Below are positions 38,140 to 48,055 of a stretch of 64,000 bases of DNA, in pieces. Both the position numbers and the translations under genes were made by a program. Origin of the DNA: a plasmid; the sequence record NZ_CP118990.1; one strand, written 5' to 3'. Each line of letters starts with the position of its first letter. The stretch's first letter is position 1. The notes under the pieces were generated by a model. It was not told where the DNA came from, searched no databases, and saw nothing but the letters and a program-made list of their open reading frames with translations.

Positions 38140-40007
38140 CAATGACCTATGACCCGCTCGCCTATGAGATGCCGTGGCGGCCTAATTATGAGATGAGCGC
38201 CGTTTTTGGCTGGGTGGCTGCATCCGTCGGGGCGCTGGCGGTCCAGCAAATTACGGATATGCCGCCGGAACCGTTCTATTGGATGACGGGAATTTGTGGT
38301 GTCATGACAATGGCTCGCCTGCCAAAAGCAATAAAACTGCACCTGCTCCAGAAGCATCTAAAGGGAAGGGATCTGGAGTTCATTTCCATCAAGGAGCTCC
38401 AGAAGAAGGTTCAGGCCTCCCCCGAGGATATGTGGCTTGGATATGGTTTCGCTTGGGAAAACCGCCATGCGCAGCGCGTTTTCGAGATCCTAAAACGAGA
38501 CTGGACCTCTATCGTGGGCACGGAGTCAACAACAAGCAAGATTGTTCGGACGATACGGGGCAAGAAGAAAAAAGAGGTTCCTATCGGTCAGCCGTGGATC
38601 CACGGGGTTGAGCCAAAAGAAGAGCACCTGATGCAACCGCTCAAACACACTGAGGGCCATTCTCTCATCGTGGGTACGACGGGTTCGGGCAAGACCCGTA
38701 TGTTCGATACGCTTATCTCCCAAGCCATCCTACGTGGCGAAGCTGTAATTATCATCGATCCGAAAGGGGATAAGGAGATGCGCGACAATGCGCGTCGGGC
38801 CTGTGAAGCAATGGGGCAAGCAGAGCGGTTTGTCTCTTTCCACCCGGCTTTCCCGGAGGAGTCAGTCCGGATCGATCCCCTTCGAAACTTCACCCGTGTT
38901 ACAGAGATAGCAAGCCGCTTGGCCGCACTCATCCCCTCGGAAGGTGGCGGTGACCCGTTCAAATCGTTCGGTTGGCAGGCGCTGAACAACATCGCGCAGG
39001 GGTTGATCCTGGCGTATGACCGTCCCAACTTGATCAAGCTCCGTCGCTTTTTAGAAGGCGGCGCCGATGGCTTGGTTATCAAGGCTGTGCAGGCATATGC
39101 AGAGCGCGTGATGCCGGATTGGGAAGCCGCAGCGGCCCCTTATTTGGAGAAGGCGGCCAATGGGTCGCGCAGTAAGCTCGCAGTCGCTCACATGGCATTC
39201 TACAACAACGTTATCCAGCCTGAGCACCCAAGCTCGGAACTGGAAGGCCTGCTCAACATGTTCAAACATGATGCGACCCACTTCTCGAAGATGGTTTCGA
39301 ACCTGCTGCCCATCATGAACATGCTGACCTCCGGCGAGCTCGGGCCACTGTTATCGCCTGATGCAACTGATCTCAGTGACGAGCGTCAGATCACCGATTC
39401 CGCCAAGATCATCAACAACGCCCAGGTGGCGTATTTAGGTCTCGACTCGCTCACCGATAACATGGTCGGCAGCGCTCTGGGGTCGATCTTCCTCTCAGAT
39501 CTGACGGCGGTAGCGGGTGACCGCTACAACTATGGGGTGAACAACCTCCCAGTGAACATCTTTGTCGATGAAGCGGCAGAGGTAATCAACGATCCCTTTA
39601 TTCAGCTCCTCAACAAGGGCCGCGGCGCGAAATTGCGTCTCTTCGTGGCAACGCAGACCTTTGCCGACTTTGCCGCCCGTTTGGGTAGCAAAGACAAAGC
39701 GCTCCAGGTGCTGGGGAACATCAACAACGTGTTTGCGCTGCGGATTGTCGATGCGGAGACACAAGAGTACATCGCCGAAAACCTGCCAAAAACACGACTC
39801 AAATATGTCATGCGGACCCAGGGCCAGAACACTGACGGAAGTGAACCGATCATGCACGGTGGTAACCAGGGCGAACGGTTAATGGAGGAAGAGGCCGATC
39901 TCTTCCCCGCTCAGCTGCTGGGGATGCTCCCGAACCTGGAGTACATAGCCAAAATCTCAGGCGGAAAAATAGTGAAAGGTCGGCTACCAATCTTGACCGA
40001 GAAGTAA
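38136..40007 (+). CDS. traD: Type IV coupling protein TraD (SXT/TOL subfamily)
   Basis: Walker A GTTGSGKT, N-terminal TM helices, 623 aa. Confidence 0.85.
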   Translation: MTMTYDPLAYEMPWRPNYEMSAVFGWVAASVGALAVQQITDMPPEPFYWMTGICGVMTMARLPKAIKLHLLQKHLKGRDLEFISIKELQKKVQASPEDMWLGYGFAWENRHAQRVFEILKRDWTSIVGTESTTSKIVRTIRGKKKKEVPIGQPWIHGVEPKEEHLMQPLKHTEGHSLIVGTTGSGKTRMFDTLISQAILRGEAVIIIDPKGDKEMRDNARRACEAMGQAERFVSFHPAFPEESVRIDPLRNFTRVTEIASRLAALIPSEGGGDPFKSFGWQALNNIAQGLILAYDRPNLIKLRRFLEGGADGLVIKAVQAYAERVMPDWEAAAAPYLEKAANGSRSKLAVAHMAFYNNVIQPEHPSSELEGLLNMFKHDATHFSKMVSNLLPIMNMLTSGELGPLLSPDATDLSDERQITDSAKIINNAQVAYLGLDSLTDNMVGSALGSIFLSDLTAVAGDRYNYGVNNLPVNIFVDEAAEVINDPFIQLLNKGRGAKLRLFVATQTFADFAARLGSKDKALQVLGNINNVFALRIVDAETQEYIAENLPKTRLKYVMRTQGQNTDGSEPIMHGGNQGERLMEEEADLFPAQLLGMLPNLEYIAKISGGKIVKGRLPILTEK

Positions 40008-40017
40008 GGGGTCAGCT

Positions 40018-40602
40018 ATGTGCTGTAAGAAATATGATGGATATCAGGTTGATACCTATTCCGTTAACCCGTTTGATCGCGTGATGAATGCGCTAAAAAG
40101 TCGAGGCCGTAAGAACGCCCACATTCTGAGCATCTTGCAGCTGGATTGGCCTGCGTCTGAATCGATCATCCATCGCCTGAGCGACTACATCAGTGACAGC
40201 ATCAAGGCCAACGAGGAGCCGGTGATTTATCCGATCATCGAGGAGGCCCTGCTCCGCTATAGCCAGCTGGTATTCCATGCGCAGAAGTATAAATACGAAG
40301 ATCCTGCCAGGATCAGTGCCTTTTTAGACACCCTCATCACGGAGACCTGCAAGGCCCTGGAGGTTCAAATCGCGGCAAACAGTGGGGGGGGGGCCTGGTC
40401 TGTCGATTCTGGCACCTCATTTTCGGCCTGGTGCACCGACCACCCCGGTGACCTTTCGATCACTCCCCATGCTCATGAGGACGAATCTTCTCTGCGTGGT
40501 CTGCTGTATGACCTGCTTATCTGTGAAAGCGTGAAAAATGTTCTGAGGAGAACAGACTATGAACAAGCCGTGGTTAGTGGTCGTCTGGTTGCTCACCCTT
40601 GA
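40018..40602 (+). CDS. Hypothetical conjugation-module protein (s043-like position)
   Basis: 194-aa ORF; contains G10 homopolymer at 40381. Confidence 0.4.
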   Translation: MCCKKYDGYQVDTYSVNPFDRVMNALKSRGRKNAHILSILQLDWPASESIIHRLSDYISDSIKANEEPVIYPIIEEALLRYSQLVFHAQKYKYEDPARISAFLDTLITETCKALEVQIAANSGGGAWSVDSGTSFSAWCTDHPGDLSITPHAHEDESSLRGLLYDLLICESVKNVLRRTDYEQAVVSGRLVAHP

Positions 40603-41188
40603 GCTACTCGCGATTTTGATATTGATCCCTGGGGATTGGACTGCCAGAGCGATAAAAAATGAGTCCGTTCTGGTGAAACAAAGCCTTGGTATAGAGGCTC
40701 AGGATTGGATACATAACAAGGCCACGACGTGGTACCAATCCAGCATCATTGACTCCGGTTTCTACGACGGTATGTACAAGACGTTGATCCCCTCTGAGGC
40801 TGAGCGGGCGCGGTCAAGAGGGATGGAGGGCATGGGTAAGGATTGGTTTGTGTGGGTCAATGGCCGCATGGATGCCTTTGTGAACATCATCTACCAGTTT
40901 TACACCCGAGCGGCACTCCTGCTGGCATGGGCCCCGTACATGCTGATCTTGTTCGCCCCGGCCATCTATGACGGCTGGATGACGTGGAAAATAAAGCGGA
41001 CCAACTTCGACTATGCGAGCCCCGTGCTGCATCGCTATAGCGTTCGAGGAACGATGTTCATCATGGCGGGATTGTTCATCTGCTTCTTTATCCCGTTCGC
41101 GCTCGACCCGGTTGTCATTCCTCTGACGATGATGGCCTGCTGTGTGCTGGTGGGCCTGACTGTCAGCAACTTCCAGAAACGAGTTTGA
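40559..41188 (+). CDS. Integral membrane protein at the TraJ-like position of the SXT-type gene order
   Basis: 209 aa, 4 TM helices; conserved position after traD/s043 in SXT-type gene order. Confidence 0.45.
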   Translation: MNKPWLVVVWLLTLELLAILILIPGDWTARAIKNESVLVKQSLGIEAQDWIHNKATTWYQSSIIDSGFYDGMYKTLIPSEAERARSRGMEGMGKDWFVWVNGRMDAFVNIIYQFYTRAALLLAWAPYMLILFAPAIYDGWMTWKIKRTNFDYASPVLHRYSVRGTMFIMAGLFICFFIPFALDPVVIPLTMMACCVLVGLTVSNFQKRV

Positions 41189-41323
41189 TAGCGAAAGCCC
41201 TACCGTTGGCGGTGTCTGCATCTGGCATGAACCAGCGGTAGGGAGAGCTAGTCTGGCGAGTGATATTACTCAGTCAGGGCCACGAAGGCACCAGCAGGTG
41301 CGTTTGCAAAAGATGATCAGGAG

Positions 41324-41722
41324 ATGATGGTGATGAAATTACAAAGTTGTTTGCAGCTGATTATGGTAGCAGTGGGAGTGCTGGTGGCTGGTCAAGCTAC
41401 TGCTGCATCGGGCGATACTAACAACACCGATAAGATTACGGCTCTGGATGCGGCCTGTCCCAGCTGTGTGAAGGTGGCGAACGATGTAATGGCTATTCGG
41501 GCGGAGCATTGTCAGCTCAAGAACACATCGGCCGAGATGATGATTAGCACCATGCGCAATGATCCAATGTATGGCTTTATGCAGGCTGTTGACTCGATGG
41601 TGGAGCCTGCGACTTATAAGACCATTCTGACGACCGCAGCAACCCAGGTCGATTGCGGCAACCCGCAAAACTGGATCGACATGACGCAGAAGGCGCTCAA
41701 GAAGAGCACCCCAAAAAGTTAG
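41324..41722 (+). CDS. Hypothetical secreted protein
   Basis: Signal peptide, 4 Cys. Confidence 0.4.
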   Translation: MMVMKLQSCLQLIMVAVGVLVAGQATAASGDTNNTDKITALDAACPSCVKVANDVMAIRAEHCQLKNTSAEMMISTMRNDPMYGFMQAVDSMVEPATYKTILTTAATQVDCGNPQNWIDMTQKALKKSTPKS

Positions 41723-41745
41723 CTGATTCGATTTCATGGCTGCGT

Positions 41746-41788
41746 GCGAACCGCTAAAAAATTTCACATGTGAAATTTTTTAGCGTTC
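41746..41788. promoter_or_regulatory. Extended 43-bp palindrome centred on operator core AAATTTCACATGTGAAATTT, family member 8
   Basis: cgaaccgctaaaaaatttcacatgtgaaattttttagcgttcg, one unpaired base. Confidence 0.55.
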
Positions 41789-42184
41789 GTGTGCGATCTC
41801 GGTGTGGTGACAGTAGAGCCCAAGCAGCAACCGCTGCAAAGTTGAGGGAAAAACGGCCATGAAATTTTGAGTCTGCCAGATGCCGAGCGTGAAGCGGTGC
41901 TGGCGGCCATGCAGGAGGAGGTTATGTCCCAACTGCATGGTTATGACGACAACTGATCAGGGAAAAACGGGATGGCTCGTTGGTACAGCAAACAGCGCAA
42001 ACAGCGCATGAATGGTGACTTCTTGAAGTATGGATTTATCCCAGGCCGTGGCCGCATCGCCCTTGAACAAAAGCCTTGCCACTTTGCCAGTCACCTGGAT
42101 TTGTGCGAGTTCACCGGCGATTGCGATTGCAAGGGCGCTACTTACTGGAGAGAGCAGGCGACAGCCGTCTGAGTTAGAGGAGTA

Positions 42185-42481
42185 TTGATGGATCTGCTCA
42201 TAGCCAAACAACAAGCCAACCCCGTTGAATATTATGTCGAGGCATACGCCCAGCATCCTGATAAGCCGGGAATTTTTTGCTCTTATCGCGGCACAGTTAG
42301 CCGTGAAGGTCTGATCATTTCAGGTGAGGATTTCGATTGCCTCCTCAACGGGTTTATTGACCACATATTTGTCGAGACTGGTGTTCGTTGCCATAGCAGC
42401 ACAATCAAGCTCCACAAGCTGCAACTGGTTCAAGACGACAATTTTCGTAAGTTGTTTGAGGTAGATGAGCAACATTGCTAA
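42185..42481 (+). CDS. Hypothetical protein
   Basis: 98-aa ORF. Confidence 0.3.
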   Translation: MMDLLIAKQQANPVEYYVEAYAQHPDKPGIFCSYRGTVSREGLIISGEDFDCLLNGFIDHIFVETGVRCHSSTIKLHKLQLVQDDNFRKLFEVDEQHC

Positions 42482-42692
42482 GTCAGAGGAGTACACGATG
42501 GACGAGAACGAGAACAAGCTCATCACTGTATCGAATCAACTCAAGGTCGGGCCTGCTCTGGCTACCTTGTCGGTTTGTTTTTTAGTTCTGGCGGGCCACC
42601 TGTCCTGGTGGGTGATCTTGATAGTGTTTCTATGGGGTTTGGACGACTCGATAACCATCAACTGGCGCAAACTGTTTCGTCGCTGGAGTTAA
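42465..42692 (+). CDS. Small hypothetical membrane protein
   Basis: 75 aa, one TM pair. Confidence 0.3.
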   Translation: MSNIAKSEEYTMDENENKLITVSNQLKVGPALATLSVCFLVLAGHLSWWVILIVFLWGLDDSITINWRKLFRRWS

Positions 42693-42704
42693 GGAGAAAG
42701 CCGC

Positions 42705-43043
42705 ATGATGAGGCTGATCTGGGTGTTGGGTGCAAGCGGCTTTTTATCCGGCTGCGATGCCTTTGATGACCTGGCTGCTGCCCAGCAGCCCAAGACTATC
42801 GAGATCGTCGGCGGTTACCAGGTGCAGATTAACGGGCAGCCGGTGGCTATCGCAGGCACCAGCCTGTGCCGGTCCCATAAGAGTCGGCATGACTGTATCG
42901 TAGTTACCCCTGACACTAGCGTGGTCGAGGTACTGGTCGTCTATCTAGGGCAGTCGCTCCGCGAAGCCTGGACGGTCAAACGAGTAGGGGAGCTGCGGCA
43001 ACTGTTACGGGGCGATGGCAGCACGGTTATGGTGGCGAACTGA
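42705..43043 (+). CDS. Hypothetical lipoprotein
   Basis: Lipobox LSGC. Confidence 0.45.
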   Translation: MMRLIWVLGASGFLSGCDAFDDLAAAQQPKTIEIVGGYQVQINGQPVAIAGTSLCRSHKSRHDCIVVTPDTSVVEVLVVYLGQSLREAWTVKRVGELRQLLRGDGSTVMVAN

Positions 43044-43056
43044 TAGAGGAGTAGTC

Positions 43057-43527
43057 ATGGCAAAGCTTGGCATGGCTGTGATCATGAAAATGCGGTGGCT
43101 GGGGGATAATGCTGTGGATGTGGCGGACCTTCTGCCAGACCATAATTTTCACCATAAAGATGGTGTTCTGATCATTCACCAGCACGGCGGTGACGTCAGA
43201 ATACCGAAAGGTGGGAGGTTCGCCGTTGATGATGCTGGCCATGCCCATAAAGTATTGATGCTCACAAGACAGTTTACTTTGAAACCAAACGGTACTGTGA
43301 CGGCCTGCCCGAGGTGTAGCAACAACACTGAATTTATCGGCTGCTCAATTCAAGTGGTAGAGGACTGCTGCGAAGTGTTTGTGATTTGCAGGTGTAACTT
43401 TGATCCGACAGAACAGAACACTGACCACCGCTATGAGGATGTAATGGGTAGCTTGAATCATGACAATCTCATGGTTGCTCTGTCGTGCTGGAATAGGGCC
43501 CTCGCCGATGCAGCAGCAACCAGCTGA
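43057..43527 (+). CDS. Hypothetical Cys/His-rich protein
   Basis: ORF 43015-43527 frame, start ATG 43057 after GGAG RBS. Confidence 0.35.
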   Translation: MAKLGMAVIMKMRWLGDNAVDVADLLPDHNFHHKDGVLIIHQHGGDVRIPKGGRFAVDDAGHAHKVLMLTRQFTLKPNGTVTACPRCSNNTEFIGCSIQVVEDCCEVFVICRCNFDPTEQNTDHRYEDVMGSLNHDNLMVALSCWNRALADAAATS

Positions 43528-43569
43528 ATGCTTGTCTCCGCCGCAAGATCGTTAAAGAAATAATAGGAG

Positions 43570-43821
43570 GTGCTCATGGCGGGCGTGAAAGTCAGTGAGC
43601 TGGAATACCAAGGTCGGCTGGATGGTCGTCATGCCTGGGTGCATGATGGATTCTGGTTCTACTGGACAGAGAAAGCCAACGTGGTGACGTCAGATCTGGC
43701 TGGGCTGGAGCCATTCTGCCTACTTCGCTTGGCATTGGTCCGGGGCGAGCAGAACTCCATTCGAGCATTCACGAAAACAGATGCCAAGCGCGGGATCATC
43801 GATATGTTGAACCGTAAATAG
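43570..43821 (+). CDS. Hypothetical protein
   Basis: 83-aa ORF with GGAGG RBS. Confidence 0.35.
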   Translation: MLMAGVKVSELEYQGRLDGRHAWVHDGFWFYWTEKANVVTSDLAGLEPFCLLRLALVRGEQNSIRAFTKTDAKRGIIDMLNRK

Positions 43822-43857
43822 ATAGGGTTCTGACTGAATTCCAACAAGCTGTTCGGC

Positions 43858-43889
43858 AGTAAAAAATTTCACATGTGAAATTTTTTACT
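43858..43889. promoter_or_regulatory. 32-bp perfect palindrome agtaaaaaatttcacatgtgaaattttttact, family member 9
   Basis: Read directly. Confidence 0.55.
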
Positions 43890-44234
43890 CCCAACTCGGG
43901 ACCGCAGCATATTTTTTTCCCCACACCCCAAAAGGGCCGTAATAGCGCTGTGCTGGTGGAGTGGGGAAAGCGACAATCCCCATGCCAAAGGCAACTTCAT
44001 TTGGGGTTCATCGTGTCGGTACAGACTCAAGTCGGAAAAGTAGAGGTGGCAGCAGGGAGTTCAGGCTCTTGGCCGTTTCTTACTCTCATCAGGTTGGTAT
44101 TGTTCGCGTTTGGTCTTGTTGTCGGCCTTGGGCTCGACAAAGTGGTCGCCCTGATAGGGACGTGAGCTCGGGCCGTCCTTCGGTCGATGCTGTGAAAAGA
44201 CAGAATCAATAAGCAGGCCTGTGAATAAATGGAA

Positions 44235-44260
44235 GGTGGCATGATGCCACCTTTTTTTTA
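44235..44260 (+). terminator. Rho-independent terminator (ggtggcatgatgccacc + T8)
   Basis: Hairpin + T-run, ~85 bp upstream of traL. Confidence 0.7.
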
Positions 44261-44343
44261 TTTGTCGCTGTAACTGCCCGAATTGGGCGCAAAGCCGTAG
44301 TAGGAAAGCGGGTCAACTGAATGAAAATACAGGCAATGAAGAT

Positions 44344-44637
44344 ATGGAGGTGGCAATGAAGCCTGTAAAAATCCCGCGGCGGGTTGATGAACCCCCCCAC
44401 TTGCTCCTGTGGAGTGCCGATGAGTTGGCCCCGATGCTCCTGGGGCTGACGATTGGCGTCATCATCGGAAAGGCCCTCATCTGCTTCATCGGCGGGCTGC
44501 TCGTTACCAACCTGTATCGCCGGTTCCGGGACAACCATCCGGATGGTTACCTACTCCACATGATCTATTGGGCCGGGTTCATCGCTACCAAGGCCAAGTC
44601 GATGAAAAACCCATTTGTACGGAGGTATTTACCTTGA
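44344..44637 (+). CDS. traL: F-type T4SS protein TraL
   Basis: Similarity to F TraL core (RF..P..LLLWS.DEL.P; YW.G), 97 aa. Confidence 0.65.
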   Translation: MEVAMKPVKIPRRVDEPPHLLLWSADELAPMLLGLTIGVIIGKALICFIGGLLVTNLYRRFRDNHPDGYLLHMIYWAGFIATKAKSMKNPFVRRYLP

Positions 44638-45269
44638 AATTGAAAACCTATCTCAAGACCTGGGAAGGGACCCAAGCAGAGAACAAGTGGGGCCGTCTTT
44701 TCCAGGCGGGGCTGTTAATCATCGTGTTACTGCTGGTCATCAAGGTTTTTACGAAAGACACCATTGTCACCATGCAGCCCTACACCCTTTCTGAGGAGGC
44801 ATGGGTTACGAAGGAAAATGCCTCTCGGTCTTACAAAGAAGCTTGGGGCTTTGCGTTCTCACAGCTGCTTGGCAACGTTACGCCCGGTTCGGTGGATTTT
44901 GTCAAAGAGCGGTTGAGCCCCATGCTCTCGCCGGAAATCTATCAGGATGTCATTGATGCCATCGAGATCCAGTCCAAGCAGATAAAGGAAGACCGCGTAA
45001 CCATGCGGTTCGAACCTCGTTTTGTAGAGTACGAAGAGAAGAGCGACAAGGTATTTGCTTATGGGTACTCCTATGTGAAAGGCGCGTCATCTCAACAGGA
45101 GGAGCGTGGGGAGCGCACTTATGAGTTCGTCCTCAAAATCTCAAATTACGCCCCTTCTATCGATTACATGGAAACCTATATGGGTAAGCCACGCACCAAG
45201 GCTGTGCTGGAGCAACTCAAGCGTAAAGAAGAAGAAAAGGAACGGAGAACCAATGAAGCTCAACGCTAA
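44634..45269 (+). CDS. traE: F-type T4SS protein TraE (TTG start after GGAGG)
   Basis: N-terminal TM then periplasmic domain, position between traL and traK. Confidence 0.65.
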   Translation: MKLKTYLKTWEGTQAENKWGRLFQAGLLIIVLLLVIKVFTKDTIVTMQPYTLSEEAWVTKENASRSYKEAWGFAFSQLLGNVTPGSVDFVKERLSPMLSPEIYQDVIDAIEIQSKQIKEDRVTMRFEPRFVEYEEKSDKVFAYGYSYVKGASSQQEERGERTYEFVLKISNYAPSIDYMETYMGKPRTKAVLEQLKRKEEEKERRTNEAQR

Positions 45270-46158
45270 ATACCCACTCTTGGTGCTTGCCCTGTTCGCA
45301 ACAGGGGTGATGGCTGACTCCTCTGAGGATGTTCCTGTTGTCCCCGCGAGTGTGATGAAACAGGGGGTACCTGCCCCTATCGGAAGTAGTGGGGTGATGG
45401 GGCAGGTTAACGAAAGTCCTGTGCTGACGATGAATCCAGGTGTGAACCAAATCATCCCGATCGCCATAGGCCATCCCAATCGGATCGTCACTCCATTTGG
45501 CAATCCAGAAGTGGTTTCCACCTCACTGAGCGGTGCCAGTGCTGATGGACAATGTGGCGAAGTTTGTATCAAGGAAAACGTGGTCTACGTCGCAACGGAC
45601 AAGGAATATCCCGTCACGATGTTCATCACGGAAAAAGGCTCAGAGGCCCAGGCACTGAGCCTGACCATGGTGCCGCGGCGGATACCGCCCCGTGAGGTGT
45701 TCCTCAAGCTCACAGGGAGCGCCAGCATGGGCGGAGGCTTTGCCAATACCAAGGCGGATGCTTGGGAGAAAAGTCAGCCCTACGTTGAGACCGTTCGTAC
45801 TGTGTTCAGAAAGATCGCCCTTGGCGAGGTTCCTCAAGGCTACAGCATGAACAATATCCCAGCCGGAGCGGCGGTTCCCCAATGTGCGACTGGCAGTATC
45901 CGGGTCGATTTTTCGAAGGGTCAGTACATGATGGGACACCATCTCAACGTATTCATCGGGGTGGCCCAGAACACATCGACCCAGCCCATTGAGTTCAAGG
46001 AGTCCTTATGTGGTGGTTGGGACGTAGCTGCTGTGACCACCTGGCCGCTGAACGTTCTCGAACCGGGGCAGAAGACAGAGATCTATGTCGCGATGAAACA
46101 AGGTCGCGGTCAGGCCTCCACGTCTAAGCGGCCGTCTCTGCTGGGGGGGCGTCAATGA
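45253..46158 (+). CDS. traK: F-type T4SS protein TraK (secretin-like)
   Basis: Signal peptide, position and size in traLEKBVA order. Confidence 0.65.
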   Translation: MKLNAKYPLLVLALFATGVMADSSEDVPVVPASVMKQGVPAPIGSSGVMGQVNESPVLTMNPGVNQIIPIAIGHPNRIVTPFGNPEVVSTSLSGASADGQCGEVCIKENVVYVATDKEYPVTMFITEKGSEAQALSLTMVPRRIPPREVFLKLTGSASMGGGFANTKADAWEKSQPYVETVRTVFRKIALGEVPQGYSMNNIPAGAAVPQCATGSIRVDFSKGQYMMGHHLNVFIGVAQNTSTQPIEFKESLCGGWDVAAVTTWPLNVLEPGQKTEIYVAMKQGRGQASTSKRPSLLGGRQ

Positions 46159-47480
46159 ACATTAGCCAGTATTGGAGTGAGCTCGACCCCAAAAAGAAGC
46201 GCTGGGTAGCCGTCGCTGGTGGTGTGTTTGCCCTTTTCGCTGTCGTCACGGTTTTCTCCGGTGAGCCAAAGAAAGAGGAACGGCGTGGGCGTCAGGAAAC
46301 GATCAAGAACGTACTGACAGATAAGAACACACGGGAAATAGGGATCGACTCCCTTTCAGCTGATGTGAAGATGGTCTCGCGTGAAAATGCGGATCTCAAG
46401 AAAGCGCTGGAGCGCGTCAATTCAGAGCTGGAGCAAAACAAGCAGAAAGCAGGGAAGGGCGCTGACGTCGATCGTGAAATTTCTCGCTTGCGCCAGGATA
46501 TTGAGCAACTGGCAAAGATGAATGATGAACTGGCGAAAAAGGTAGATAGCGGAAAAGGGAATAGCAATAGCACCGAGGCCACCGGGAATGCTGATGCCAG
46601 TGTGACCAACACTCCTGGGAACAGTGCTAATAGCCAATTCATGGACAAAAAATTGGACTACAAGGATCCGGCAGCCATTTTCAGGGATGCTCCATTGCCA
46701 GACTCTAAGGGCCAAGCTCCCGGTAGTAAAGGCGATGGCAAATCTCCTGCAAAGACCGGCATCCAGATTGTCAGCTACACCCAAAAGGCGCCTGAGGCAG
46801 ATAAGTCAAAGGGAGCTGATGATGATTCCTTGTATCTGCCTTCGGGATCGATCCTGACTGGGACACTGATAAACGGTATGGATGCCCCAACATCCCAGGG
46901 GGCCCGCCGCGACCCATTCCCGTCAACTCTGCGTATCCAGAAAGAAGCCATCCTCCCTAACCGGTTCCGTGCCGATGTGCGCGAATGTTTCCTAATTGTC
47001 TCTGGCTACGGCGATCTGAGTTCGGAACGCGCCTACCTACGTGGCGAAACATTCTCGTGTGTACGTGAGGACGGTGGGGTGATCGAGGCGAAGCTCGATG
47101 CTTATGCGGTCGGTGAGGATGGTAAGGCTGGGGTTCGTGGCCGAGTGGTATCCAAACAGGGCCAGATTATAGCCAAATCCATGATGGCCGGTTTTTTGAG
47201 CGGTGTCTCTGAGGCATTCGACGTCAACCCAGTACCGGTTGTCAGTACAAACCCTGGTTCAAATACCCAGTATCAGTCGGTTTGGTCTGAGGACATGGTT
47301 CAGGGCGCTGCGGCCAAGGGTGCCAGCAAGGCCTTGGATCGCATCGCGCAGTTCTACATCGACATGGCCGAAGGGATTTTCCCGGTTATCGAGATCGATG
47401 CAGGCCGCCAATTGGACGTAATCATGACCAAGGGCACTAAGTTGCAAATCCGTTCGACCGGGGAGAGCCAGAAAAAATGA
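46155..47480 (+). CDS. traB: F-type T4SS protein TraB (VirB10-like)
   Basis: N-terminal TM, coiled-coil, C-terminal conserved domain; 441 aa. Confidence 0.7.
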   Translation: MNISQYWSELDPKKKRWVAVAGGVFALFAVVTVFSGEPKKEERRGRQETIKNVLTDKNTREIGIDSLSADVKMVSRENADLKKALERVNSELEQNKQKAGKGADVDREISRLRQDIEQLAKMNDELAKKVDSGKGNSNSTEATGNADASVTNTPGNSANSQFMDKKLDYKDPAAIFRDAPLPDSKGQAPGSKGDGKSPAKTGIQIVSYTQKAPEADKSKGADDDSLYLPSGSILTGTLINGMDAPTSQGARRDPFPSTLRIQKEAILPNRFRADVRECFLIVSGYGDLSSERAYLRGETFSCVREDGGVIEAKLDAYAVGEDGKAGVRGRVVSKQGQIIAKSMMAGFLSGVSEAFDVNPVPVVSTNPGSNTQYQSVWSEDMVQGAAAKGASKALDRIAQFYIDMAEGIFPVIEIDAGRQLDVIMTKGTKLQIRSTGESQKK

Positions 47481-48043
47481 GCATTGTGACCAAAATGGGC
47501 AGTTTCACAGACGAGATTCGACTAGGGCTGAGAGTAGGATCTCTCAGACTGTTGGGGGTCGGTGCTGCAATCATGCTGCTCGCGGGGTGTTCATCACTCA
47601 ATATCGGGGAGGAGGAATACAGCTGTCCAGGTATGCCAAACGGTGTGCAGTGTATGTCTGCTCGGGATGTTTACGCCGCAACCAACGATGGGAATGTCCC
47701 TCGTCCGATGAAGGAAGATGAGGCCAAAGCGAAGGGGGAGGGCCAAGCCACCCCCTCGGCCGGAGCCACGAGCACATCTGGAGACCCGGTAATTGACACG
47801 TATGTCGCTCCGCGTTTGCCGGATCGCCCAATTCCCATTCGCACACCAGCGCAGGTGATGCGGATCTGGGTAGCTCCCTGGGAGGACACCAACGGTGACC
47901 TCATCGTAACGGGGTATGTCTACACGGAGATTGAACCGCGCAGATGGGTGATCGGGGATGGTACACCCGAAAACGAGCCGGTGTTGAGACCGCTGCAATC
48001 CGTGCAGCACGAACCGAAAACGGAAACAACCACAACAAAGTAG
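47477..48043 (+). CDS. traV: F-type T4SS lipoprotein TraV
   Basis: Lipobox LAGC, conserved Cys pair. Confidence 0.65.
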   Translation: MSIVTKMGSFTDEIRLGLRVGSLRLLGVGAAIMLLAGCSSLNIGEEEYSCPGMPNGVQCMSARDVYAATNDGNVPRPMKEDEAKAKGEGQATPSAGATSTSGDPVIDTYVAPRLPDRPIPIRTPAQVMRIWVAPWEDTNGDLIVTGYVYTEIEPRRWVIGDGTPENEPVLRPLQSVQHEPKTETTTTK

Positions 48044-48055
48044 GAGATGTTCTGA

